Shown here: piece by piece, positions 1 to 8,650 of the stretch | Position numbering within the stretch: the first letter of the stretch is position 1 | How the letters are laid out: every line of letters starts with the position of its first letter | Assembly (NCBI GenBank): GCA_965205945.1 | Contig: CBDBIB010000003.1 | Coordinates: 1-64,000 of the forward strand | Origin: Bdellovibrionales bacterium | GTDB taxonomy: Bacteria; Bdellovibrionota; Bdellovibrionia; Bdellovibrionales; UBA1609 | DNA: 64,000 bases | Reading direction: 5' to 3' | Position numbers and translations under genes: made by a program | The notes under the pieces: model-generated | The model's input: only the letters and a program-made list of their open reading frames with translations | Database searches by the model: none | What the model was told of the DNA's origin: nothing

Positions 1-1800
1 TTGGAGTTTAGCAAGTCTGGCGGCAAACACAGTGACCTACACTCCATTTGGAAACATTCAGGCTACAGATGTAGAAGGTGCACTTAATGAACTTGAATCT
101 AGAAAAGCTCCAATAACTAGAACTATTACAACGGCTTTAAACAGTGGATTAAGTGGAGGTGGAGATTTATCAACTAATAGAAGTTTAAGTGTAGACATTA
201 ACAAAACTACAGAAAAAACTACGGCTGATTCTTTAGACAGTGTTTTAATGTATGATGTTTCTCAAAGTAGTCTTAAAAAAATAACACATTCAAACTTTTT
301 AAACGGTTATTTAAAAGCTTCTTTAGGAAAAAGTCGAGGCAACGCAATGGATGCTGGTGGGGTGCCTAGTTGTGAAAGCAATGAAAAACTTCAAATGAGT
401 AACGGCCCTATTTATTCCTGGTCATGTGAAGTTGATCAAAACACAAGTCTTTTAGGAAGCCAGGCTCAAGGGGATCTTACAGGAACCTACCCGAACCCTA
501 GTCTTATACCAACGGGTGTAACCCCAGGGACGTACCCAAAAGTTAGAGTTGATGTTAAAGGAAGAGTGGTTGAGGGTTTAAGTTTATTAAAATCTGATAT
601 ACCAGATTTAAATGGAGAAAAGATCACTTCAGGAACCATTAGCACAGCTAGATTAGATGTTGGCACAGGGAGTAATCAGCTTATTAAGCTTGATAGCTCT
701 TTAAGACTGCCTGCTGTTGATGGAAGTCAGCTTATAAACTTACCAAGCAGTGCTGATAATATGGGAGATGGTATAGCTCGATTAAATATAAATCTTAACC
801 AAAATTATTTAAGTGGAGACGGTGATAATGAGGGAATTATTATTGATGCTAATGGAAGGGTTGGAGTTGGTAAGGCTAGTCCTGAGGCTTTATTAGACGT
901 TGCTGGAACAGCAAGAATAACACAAATTTGTGATGAAAGAGGAGCAAATTGTAAGGATGTGTCTGAAGGTTGGAGTTTAGCAAGTCTGGCGGCAAACACG
1001 GTGACCTACACTCCATTTGGAAACATTCAGGCTACAGATGTAGAAGGTGCACTTAATGAACTTGAATCTAGAAAAGCTCCAATAACTAGAACTATTAGAA
1101 CGGCTTTAAACAGTGGATTAAGTGGAGGCGGAGATTTATCAACTGATAGAAGTTTAAGTGTAGACATTAACAAAACTACAGAAAAAACTACGGCTGATTC
1201 TTTAGACAGTGTTTTAATGTATGATGTTTCTCAAAGTGGTCTTAAAAAAATAACACATTCAAACTTTTTAAACGGTTATTTAAAAGCTTCTTTAGGCACA
1301 AGTCGAGGCAACGCAATGGATGCTGGTGGGGTGCCTAATTGTGAAAGCAATGAAAAACTTCAAATGAGTGAAGGTCCTATTTATTTATGGTCATGTGTGA
1401 CAGACACAAGTCTTTTAGGAAGCCAGGCTCAAGGGGATCTTACAGGAACCTACCCGAACCCTAGTCTTATACCAACGGGTGTAACCCAAGGGACGTACCC
1501 AAAAGTTAGAGTTGATGTTAAAGGAAGAGTGGTTGAGGGTTTAAGTTTATTAAAATCTGATATACCAGATTTAAATGGAGAAAAGATCACTTCAGGAACC
1601 ATTAGCACAGCTAGATTAGATGTTGGCACAGGGAGCAATCAGCTTATTAAGCTTGATAGCTCTTTAAGACTGCCTGCTGTTGATGGAAGTCGGCTTATAA
1701 ACTTACCAAGCAGTGCTGATAATATGGGAGATGGCAGGGCTCGATTAAATATAAATCTTAACCAAAATTATTTAAGTGGAGACGGCGATGATGAAGGAAT
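1..1800 (+). repeat. Intragenic tandem duplication, 969-bp (323-aa) unit; at least one full and one partial copy visible
   Basis: TTGGAGTTTAGCAAGTCTGGCGGCAAACAC occurs at 1 and at 970; near-identity continues to ~1800 with scattered substitutions and one net 6-nt indel. Confidence 0.95.
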
Positions 1801-3544
1801 CACTATTAACAATAATGGTGATGTTTCTGTCTCTGGAAGCATTTCTACTCCAGGATCTATTAGTACATCTACTGTTACATTTTTAAAAAAAGTTGGAACA
1901 GTTACAACCCCTTGTGACAGTTTAACTGAGGGTACTTTAAGGTATAATTCTTTAGGAAAAAAACTGGAGTTTTGCGATGGGGTAGTGTGGAAAACTTTTT
2001 TAAGTAACAATGATCCAACAATTTCTATTACAAACTCTTTAAGTGGATCTTACATTAATTCTATTAATGAGGGGGGTTTTAGGGTTTTAGGAACATGTTC
2101 TGAAGATGGTGAGCTTATCACATTTTCACATGGTACAAGCTTTATTACTTGTTCTAATAAAAGCTTTAGTGGTGATATTGATTTTTCAAGCCTAAGTGAT
2201 GGTCCACTTTCACTAACTGCTAGTATCACAAACATTGCTGGAAATTCTAAAACTTCAGGTGTTTTAAATCTAATAAAAGATACTAAACCCCCTATTGTCA
2301 GTATTGGAAGCCATATAATAAGCAGTTCAAATTCTATAGACTTTCCCATAACTGTAAGCCAAGACTTTAGTAGTATAAACCTAGAAAAGAGCAATGTCAG
2401 CCTTACTGGAGCTACTACAGGTTGCACAGTTTTAGTAACAAATGGAACAACTATTAATCCAAGTATTAGGATTTCAGACTGCAGTGATGAAACCGGAAAT
2501 ATTCAAATTACAATCGCCTCTGGTGTTGCACAAGATGCAGCCGGAAACCTGTCTGATGTAGTTAGTTTAAGCACTGAAATACAAAATTTAGGAACCCCTT
2601 TTACAGCTAAATTTAGTATTTATGGTAGTGATTTAAATTTAAATCTTAGGTTAAATTCTTCTTATACATATAACTTTATGGTTAATTGGGGGGATGGAAC
2701 CTCGGGAGTTGTTACTTCATCAAGTGATTTAGATAAAAATCATACTTATTCATCTTCAGGGACTTATATAGTTAAAATCACTGGGCGCTGCCCATATCTT
2801 AACTTTCGTGATAGCGAGCAAATAATTGAGGTTACAGAATTAGGAGACACAGGGTGGGAAAGTTTTAGTTATATGTTTTATAAAGCAGATAACTTAACTC
2901 TTGTTAATGGTGGCTCAACTAGACATGTTACTAATATGAGCTTGATGTTTTATGATGCAGCTTTAGCTAACCCTGACACCTCTAACTGGGACACTTCTAA
3001 GGTTACTAGTATGAGCTGGATGTTTTTTAGTGCAGATTTAGCTAACCCTGACACCTCTGACTGGGACACTTCTAAGGTTACTAATATGAGCTTGATGTTT
3101 TATGATGCAGCTTTAGCTAACCCTGACACCTCTAACTGGGACACTTCTAAGGTTATTTATATGAACTCTATGTTTTATAATGCAGATTTAGCTAACCCTG
3201 ACACCTCTAACTGGGACACTTCTAAGGTTATTTATATGAACTCTATGTTTTATAATGCAGATTTAGCTAACCCTGACACCTCTAACTGGGACACTTCTAA
3301 GGTTACTAATATGAGCTTGATGTTTTATGATGCAGATTTAGCTAACCCTGACACCTCTGACTGGGACACTTCTAAGGTTACTGATATGGGGAGTATGTTT
3401 AATAATGCAGCTTCTTTTGATCAAGACATCAGTTCATGGAATGTTTCTAACGTTCTCGATTGCGGCAGTTTTTCAGGCCGAACTTTAACTTCTTGGACTC
3501 GTGCTGAAAAACCTAATTTTACACGTTGTAGCCCTGGTTATTAA
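1..3544 (+). CDS. Giant fibre-like surface adhesin (5'-truncated by window): repeated tail-fibre-like modules, Ig-like and PKD-like domains, C-terminal BspA/DUF285 leucine-rich repeats
   Basis: Frame is open from base 2 (WSLASLAANTV...), so the GTG at 32 is internal. Fibre motifs GDLTGTYPNP, GVTPGTYPKVRVDVKGRV, LPAVDGSQL, GRVGVGKASPEALLDVAG, CDSLTEGTLRYNSLGKKLEFCDG. PKD-like VNWGDGT...HTYSSSGTYIVKITG. 25-aa WDTSKVTNMSxMF repeats. Confidence 0.85.
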   Translation, partial: WSLASLAANTVTYTPFGNIQATDVEGALNELESRKAPITRTITTALNSGLSGGGDLSTNRSLSVDINKTTEKTTADSLDSVLMYDVSQSSLKKITHSNFLNGYLKASLGKSRGNAMDAGGVPSCESNEKLQMSNGPIYSWSCEVDQNTSLLGSQAQGDLTGTYPNPSLIPTGVTPGTYPKVRVDVKGRVVEGLSLLKSDIPDLNGEKITSGTISTARLDVGTGSNQLIKLDSSLRLPAVDGSQLINLPSSADNMGDGIARLNINLNQNYLSGDGDNEGIIIDANGRVGVGKASPEALLDVAGTARITQICDERGANCKDVSEGWSLASLAANTVTYTPFGNIQATDVEGALNELESRKAPITRTIRTALNSGLSGGGDLSTDRSLSVDINKTTEKTTADSLDSVLMYDVSQSGLKKITHSNFLNGYLKASLGTSRGNAMDAGGVPNCESNEKLQMSEGPIYLWSCVTDTSLLGSQAQGDLTGTYPNPSLIPTGVTQGTYPKVRVDVKGRVVEGLSLLKSDIPDLNGEKITSGTISTARLDVGTGSNQLIKLDSSLRLPAVDGSRLINLPSSADNMGDGRARLNINLNQNYLSGDGDDEGITINNNGDVSVSGSISTPGSISTSTVTFLKKVGTVTTPCDSLTEGTLRYNSLGKKLEFCDGVVWKTFLSNNDPTISITNSLSGSYINSINEGGFRVLGTCSEDGELITFSHGTSFITCSNKSFSGDIDFSSLSDGPLSLTASITNIAGNSKTSGVLNLIKDTKPPIVSIGSHIISSSNSIDFPITVSQDFSSINLEKSNVSLTGATTGCTVLVTNGTTINPSIRISDCSDETGNIQITIASGVAQDAAGNLSDVVSLSTEIQNLGTPFTAKFSIYGSDLNLNLRLNSSYTYNFMVNWGDGTSGVVTSSSDLDKNHTYSSSGTYIVKITGRCPYLNFRDSEQIIEVTELGDTGWESFSYMFYKADNLTLVNGGSTRHVTNMSLMFYDAALANPDTSNWDTSKVTSMSWMFFSADLANPDTSDWDTSKVTNMSLMFYDAALANPDTSNWDTSKVIYMNSMFYNADLANPDTSNWDTSKVIYMNSMFYNADLANPDTSNWDTSKVTNMSLMFYDADLANPDTSDWDTSKVTDMGSMFNNAASFDQDISSWNVSNVLDCGSFSGRTLTSWTRAEKPNFTRCSPGY
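2927..3451 (+). repeat. 75-bp tandem repeat array (6 near-perfect units plus 1 degenerate) encoding BspA/DUF285 repeats
   Basis: Units start at 2927, 3002, 3077, 3152, 3227, 3302 and 3377. Scaffold TTAGCTAACCCTGACACCTCT(A/G)ACTGGGACACTTCTAAGGTTA is shared by the first six. Confidence 0.95.
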
Positions 3545-3878
3545 TTTATTTTTTTTTGATGAATAGAAGAGCTTACTTTAAGAGATCTGCTTTATGTAAG
3601 ACAGTACCCTTTTTTAACAAGCTCACTAAAGGTTTTATGGCAATTAATTTTATTATTATAAATAACAATGAGGCTAAGAGTCTCTATAACGAATATTTCA
3701 ATGCAAAGATTTGATTGTATAAGCGGATGTAGAAAAACAAAAAAATGAGGTGTTTAAAGATTTCCTAATTTCTACAAATCTGTTATAAGATAACCCGAAG
3801 AAGATCACCTATTTGATAAACTGTTATTGAGGAATAAGATATATTGTTAAGACTGTTTTGTGCATTAACTGAACCTCC

Positions 3879-5572
3879 TGTCATTACCAAGGGAAACTGT
3901 CACCTTAATTACCAAGGGATTATGTCAGTATCGGTGGGTTAAAAAAAACACTTAACTTAACCAGCAATCTATGCAGCCTTTAAACTGCCTTTTGTGCGCC
4001 CATCCTTTTCCCTGGTTCTTAATGCAATAGTTTGAAGGTTGTTCCTCACCCATATATATCTAATCTTTCCTCTACTTAAGTTTAGGGAGAAATATTTTTT
4101 TATAAATTTTGAAACTTGAGCTTCTCCAAGATGAGGATTCTGTATAGAAAAATTAACAACAAGTTTTTCATCTGTCATCATTTTTTTATTTTTAGAATAA
4201 AACTCAGCTTTAAACGTTTTAATAAAATAAAACTCTCCGTTAGTCTCTATAACTTTTTTTACTCGATATATTTTTTGCCTAGAAATTTTTGTTATTTGTG
4301 AGGCTTTACTAACACTATTTAATTCTTTAGAAAGCCTAACTGCCTTAACTATTTCTTTGGCCTCAGTTTCCCTAGAGGTTACAACTTTTGATCTTTTATT
4401 TTCAGATACATTTAAAATTTTATCTGCAAAATAAAAACCTACTTCTTCATTTAAATTTGTTCTAATTTCTACTCTGTAATTAAATAAGAGAATTTTTTAA
4501 TTTTGAAACTATAGAGTAGTCCTCTCCTTTATAACTAAAAGTATGGTCTTTATTTATTTTTCTATACTCTTTAATGTTAAATACGCTGGTTAGTTTCTTC
4601 TTATCTTTAACTTTAGTGTATTCACAGGTTGTTTCTACAGGCATAACAGTTATTTTTTTATTCCAATATGAAGGGATAAATTTAGTTTTTAAAAAAATAT
4701 TAGCTTCTTTCATAGTGGTAATATTATTTAGTCTTAATTCTGGAACTAAACGGTCTTATAGAGTGTTAAAGGAGCGTTCAACTCGTCCTTTGCCCTCTGG
4801 AGAGTTGGCAAAAATAATTTGAATACCGAGCTCCTCACAGGCTCTTTGTACCTGTGAAAAATGACATCGCTTAGGCCCACCAAAAATGCCAGCTCTATGA
4901 ACATATAAAGTCTTAAAAGCACCTTTTTTTAAGATTAAATCTTTTAAAACCTTCATGGAGCCAAGACTTGTCTCAGATTTAAAAAACTCACCAGAAAGTT
5001 CATTTGTGGCATCATCAATGGCTACAATTAGACACGACCTCTCCTCTCCAAACCAATTATGAGAACTTCCATCCATTTGAATGAGCAGCCCCTCTGACTC
5101 CATCCGGTTTCCTTTTTTTCTAACTTTTCCACGTCTTTTTTTTCTCGCTTTACATGGTGTATTTCATGAGCCCATTTTCTAAGATTTTCTCTTTTTACAG
5201 CTATACCTTCTTTAGATTCTAGCTTTTCATTTTAAATGAGCAAGATTTAAATCAAAATATTTGTTTTTAATTAATTTTTGCACTTTTAGTTTTATTTTAT
5301 CAGAAATTTTATTTTTAGGTTTAGAATTTATATTTTTATGAAGAATAAAACTGACACCAAGTTTGCGGTAGCCTTTTAAATATCTTTGAATTGTTCTTCT
5401 TGATTTATTTAAAATTTTTTTGAGCATTTAGAATACTTATTTTTTTATTATCAATTTTAAGCTGTTTTGTTGAATTTATAATCACTACTTACCTCGCCCT
5501 TTCATTTTATTGTTTAAAATACAATACAATAATTTAACGCTGTGTGAGCGTCAGTTTCCCTTGGTAATGACA
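3879..5572 (-). mobile_element. Insertion sequence, IS1202/IS481-like (TGT...ACA ends), 1694 bp, inactive
   Basis: Perfect 21-bp terminal inverted repeats TGTCATTACCAAGGGAAACTG at 3879-3899 and 5552-5572; second subterminal copy at 3908-3927; encloses a fragmented DDE transposase. No flanking target duplication seen. Confidence 0.88.
3969..5485 (-). pseudogene. DDE transposase pseudogene (IS1202/ISNCY-like) with extra C-terminal HTH module
   Basis: Fragments 5227-5427 (HTH), 4756-5103 (LIQMDGSSHNWF..AIDDAT..KGRVER), 4480-4713 and an open frame ~4478-3969. Joined by several single-base frameshifts and an in-frame TAA in TL*DRLVPELRL; the second catalytic Asp position reads LYVHRAG. Confidence 0.85.
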
Positions 5573-5644
5573 TTCATTAAATTATGCCAAAAATCAGACA
5601 AATACTCTTGTGAATACTAATAAATAATTTTAAATAGTAGTTGC

Positions 5645-6661
5645 ATGGCCATTGATTTAGTTAAACACATACAAAAAAGTCCTTTCCTCCTTGCGCCTAT
5701 GGCCGGGATCACAGATATTGCATTTCGGCTCTTCATACAAGAGCTTGGATCTTCAGCGGTTACAACAGAACTAGTTTCTGCAAACGGTCTACAATATAAA
5801 AGCGAGCGCACAAAAAAACTAATGAGGATAAGTCCAAAAGAAAAGCCCATTGGAATACAAATTTTTGGAGAAACCTTAGATGCTTTAAGCTATGCTTCAA
5901 AAGAATGTGAGCAAGTAGGAGCTGATTTTGTGGATCTTAACTTTGGTTGCCCTGTTAATAAGGTTGTAAAAAAAGGCGCAGGTTCAGCTATTTTAAAAGA
6001 TTTAATACAACTTCAAAAAATCTTATCTACTGTAAAATCATCCATTAACATTCCTGTTACAATTAAAATTCGTACGGGCTGGACATGTGACACAAAAAAT
6101 GCTGATGAAGTGTGTAAAATCGCGTTTAATGAAGGAATCACATGGGTTACAATTCATGGACGAAGTCGAGGACAGGGGTACAATGGCAACGCTGACTGGG
6201 ATTATATTAAATCCGTTAAAGCTCAAAGCCCTCTTCCTGTTATTGGAAATGGAGACCTCACATCAGCTAAATTGTGTGTGAATCATCTAAAAAACTCCGG
6301 CTGTGATGCTGTCATGGTTGGACGGGGGGCTCTTAAAAACCCTTGGATTTTTAAAGAAAGCCTTAAAATTTTTAATAATACCAACACCCCCATTAAAAAA
6401 GATATCATAATGCTTATTTATAGGCTTAAAGAACTTTACAGTGAGTTTACAAATGAGCGAACCACAATGCTTCAAATAAAAAAATTCTCTTCATGGTTTT
6501 CATCAAATCTACCAGACTCTGCACAGTTTAGAAAAAGCCTATTCTCTACTCAAAAGCCTGATGAACTTTGGAGAATCATTAATGATTACTTTAAAGAAAT
6601 TAAAGATTTTCCTCAAAAAGACACTCGTGATAAAACTTTTTTAATGGGTGGGCATGGCTAA
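5645..6661 (+). CDS. dusB: tRNA-dihydrouridine synthase (DusB-like)
   Basis: LAPMAGITD, DLNFGCP, GAGSAIL, VTIKIRTGW, IHGR and VIGNGD motifs. Confidence 0.9.
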   Translation: MAIDLVKHIQKSPFLLAPMAGITDIAFRLFIQELGSSAVTTELVSANGLQYKSERTKKLMRISPKEKPIGIQIFGETLDALSYASKECEQVGADFVDLNFGCPVNKVVKKGAGSAILKDLIQLQKILSTVKSSINIPVTIKIRTGWTCDTKNADEVCKIAFNEGITWVTIHGRSRGQGYNGNADWDYIKSVKAQSPLPVIGNGDLTSAKLCVNHLKNSGCDAVMVGRGALKNPWIFKESLKIFNNTNTPIKKDIIMLIYRLKELYSEFTNERTTMLQIKKFSSWFSSNLPDSAQFRKSLFSTQKPDELWRIINDYFKEIKDFPQKDTRDKTFLMGGHG

Positions 6662-6751
6662 AAAAAATCTAAACATTAGTTTACATAATAATTTATAAAT
6701 AAGTTTATATTTATTTCATAGAGGGCTTAAGGTTACGCTATCTCACCTACA

Positions 6752-7537
6752 TTAAGACATTTTCTTAGACTGTAGAGTATTTTGAATTTTTCCTCTCCAT
6801 GGAAAGTTATCTATATTTTCTTGAAGAAAATCTGCATAATCAGGATCTATACTGCCACGTTTTTTAAGGCGTCTAAGTAAAATTCTAATTCTATTTTTTT
6901 GATACTGAGTAAGTTTATTTTCTTTATAAGATTTAGAATATTTTACTGGGCTTGGCAAAAGTACAACCAAATATAAAGACTCTAAAACCCCAAGATTTTC
7001 TGGGGGCATGTTAAAATAAAAATTAGCTGCTTCTTTTATGCCCCACAAATTCTCTCCAAATTGAATTGCATTTATGTATTTTTCAAGAATTAGTTTTTTT
7101 GGGTATGTTCTTTCAACTTGATAAGCTATATACGCTTCCTTAATTTTCCTATAAATACTTTTTGACTGATCTAGATAAACATTTTTTACAAGCTGTTGTG
7201 TTATTGTTGAACCTCCTCGAATAAAAGAGAATTTTCTTAAATTGCTAATTAAAGAATTTCTAAATTCTTCCCAGTCAAAGCCACCATGATCATAAAACTT
7301 ATCATCTTCAGACATCACTATAGCTTGCAAAAAATACAGTGATACATTTGAGAGTTGAGTATAATTTATAGACTTATTACATAAAGTTTTTCCAGAAACT
7401 GAAGCTTTAAAGCACTTGTTTAAATCAGGATACTCATATGATTTTATATCTATAACCAGCCAAAACACAGCCCCGATCATAGCAATAAAAAGGCTTGCTA
7501 CTAACCCTTTCAAAATATTCCTTTTTCTTTTGCCCAT
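6752..7537 (-). CDS. mtgA: Monofunctional peptidoglycan transglycosylase (GT51)
   Basis: N-terminal TM; SEDDKFYDHGGFD, GGSTITQQLVKN, RKIKE and ILEKYIN motifs; no transpeptidase domain. Confidence 0.8.
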   Translation of the reverse strand: MGKRKRNILKGLVASLFIAMIGAVFWLVIDIKSYEYPDLNKCFKASVSGKTLCNKSINYTQLSNVSLYFLQAIVMSEDDKFYDHGGFDWEEFRNSLISNLRKFSFIRGGSTITQQLVKNVYLDQSKSIYRKIKEAYIAYQVERTYPKKLILEKYINAIQFGENLWGIKEAANFYFNMPPENLGVLESLYLVVLLPSPVKYSKSYKENKLTQYQKNRIRILLRRLKKRGSIDPDYADFLQENIDNFPWRGKIQNTLQSKKMS

Positions 7538-8517
7538 TTAAGACTGTCACTAAGGGCTTTTTTATATGACCTTGGTTGAAAATCTAAATTTTTTTTTGCT
7601 TTTGATGAATCAAACCAATGATACATTGTTGCAACCTGAAGATTTTCTAAATTTAAATCTGTTTTTATTCCCAATCTAGATAAAAAATTTAAGAATCTAC
7701 CTAAGAATAAAAGTAGCCCTGTTGGAATTATAAATCTAGGTTTACCCACGCCTACTTGTTCTGCTATTTCACTTAAGAGCTCGTATATAGTAATATTGTC
7801 ACCAGAAAGAATATAGCGCTCTCCGGTTTTTCCTTTTTCTGCTGCCTTAATAATTGCATTACAAACGTCTAAAACATGCACTATGCTGACACCACCGTGG
7901 GAACAAATTTTTAACTCTCCCTTAGCCATTTTAAGTTGAAGTTTACGACTACTTTTAAGCATATCTCGAGCACCATATATAGTTGAAGGATTAAAGATAA
8001 CCGCATCTAAACCTTTTTCCACCTCTTTATGCACTAAATTTTCTGCCAATCTTTTAGTCTCAAAATAACCAAAATTATATTTTAAAACATTATACTCTGA
8101 TTCTTCATTTAAAATATTCTTTTTTAAAAAACTTCCACCAACTGCAACTACTGAACTTGAATAAATCAACCTTGGTTTATATCCAGCTTCTTTAATTTTA
8201 CTAATAACAAATGCTGTGCCTTTAACATTAACCAGCTCCATTAACTTACGCTCTTCTTGAGTATAGCCAACATAACCTGCAAGGTGGTAGACAAAATCAT
8301 AGCCCTTTAAAGACCAATCGGAAAAAAGATCGCCTTTAACCCAATTCACATTAAGGTTTCTTAAAGATTCATCTTGATTTTTAAAGTTCTTAAGTTTTTT
8401 CTCACTTCTATACAAGGCAAAAACACTTGCACCCTGAGAAACTAAAGCCTCTAATAAATGAGATCCTAAAAACCCTGTTCCTCCTGTTACAAATATTTTT
8501 TTATTTTTTAAATACAT
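7510..8517 (-). CDS. NAD-dependent epimerase/dehydratase (extended SDR, dihydroflavonol-reductase-like)
   Basis: IFVTGGTGFLG, YHLAG, YSSS and YFETK motifs; start taken at ATG 8517 (ORF extends to 8562). Confidence 0.85.
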   Translation of the reverse strand: MYLKNKKIFVTGGTGFLGSHLLEALVSQGASVFALYRSEKKLKNFKNQDESLRNLNVNWVKGDLFSDWSLKGYDFVYHLAGYVGYTQEERKLMELVNVKGTAFVISKIKEAGYKPRLIYSSSVVAVGGSFLKKNILNEESEYNVLKYNFGYFETKRLAENLVHKEVEKGLDAVIFNPSTIYGARDMLKSSRKLQLKMAKGELKICSHGGVSIVHVLDVCNAIIKAAEKGKTGERYILSGDNITIYELLSEIAEQVGVGKPRFIIPTGLLLFLGRFLNFLSRLGIKTDLNLENLQVATMYHWFDSSKAKKNLDFQPRSYKKALSDSLKWAKEKGIF

Positions 8518-8650
8518 ACTTAATATTTCCATGGTTAATGAGTACAAATGTTTCTTAAACAAAGCCCTTAAATTTAAGAGTTTTGTACTATAATAAACCC
8601 TTTATAAAAAATCACAATATTTTTAAGAAATAACCTTACAAAATATTTTT

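Noticed and set aside
2927..3451. 75-bp array as a CRISPR array
   Set aside because: In frame within a protein, the variable parts are themselves near-identical and recur, and there are no cas genes.
1..3544. Diversity-generating retroelement TR/VR pair
   Set aside because: Both copies are coding parts of one ORF, differences include many non-adenine positions and an indel, and no reverse transcriptase is present in the window.
3752..3791. GTTTAAAGATTTCCTAATTTCTAC... resembles a Cas12a direct repeat
   Set aside because: Single copy, the TCTAC/GTAGA stem is not completed downstream, and there are no spacers or cas genes; chance match in AT-rich DNA.
4470..5430. Programmed frameshifting or sequencing error explaining the split transposase
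   Set aside because: Several frameshifts plus a nonsense codon and a catalytic D-to-H change, while neighbouring genes are intact, indicate real decay.
5565..5592. dif/Xer site next to the IS (TTATGCCAAAA resembles a XerD arm)
   Set aside because: No matching XerC arm at 6-bp spacing; that position falls inside the IS terminal repeat.
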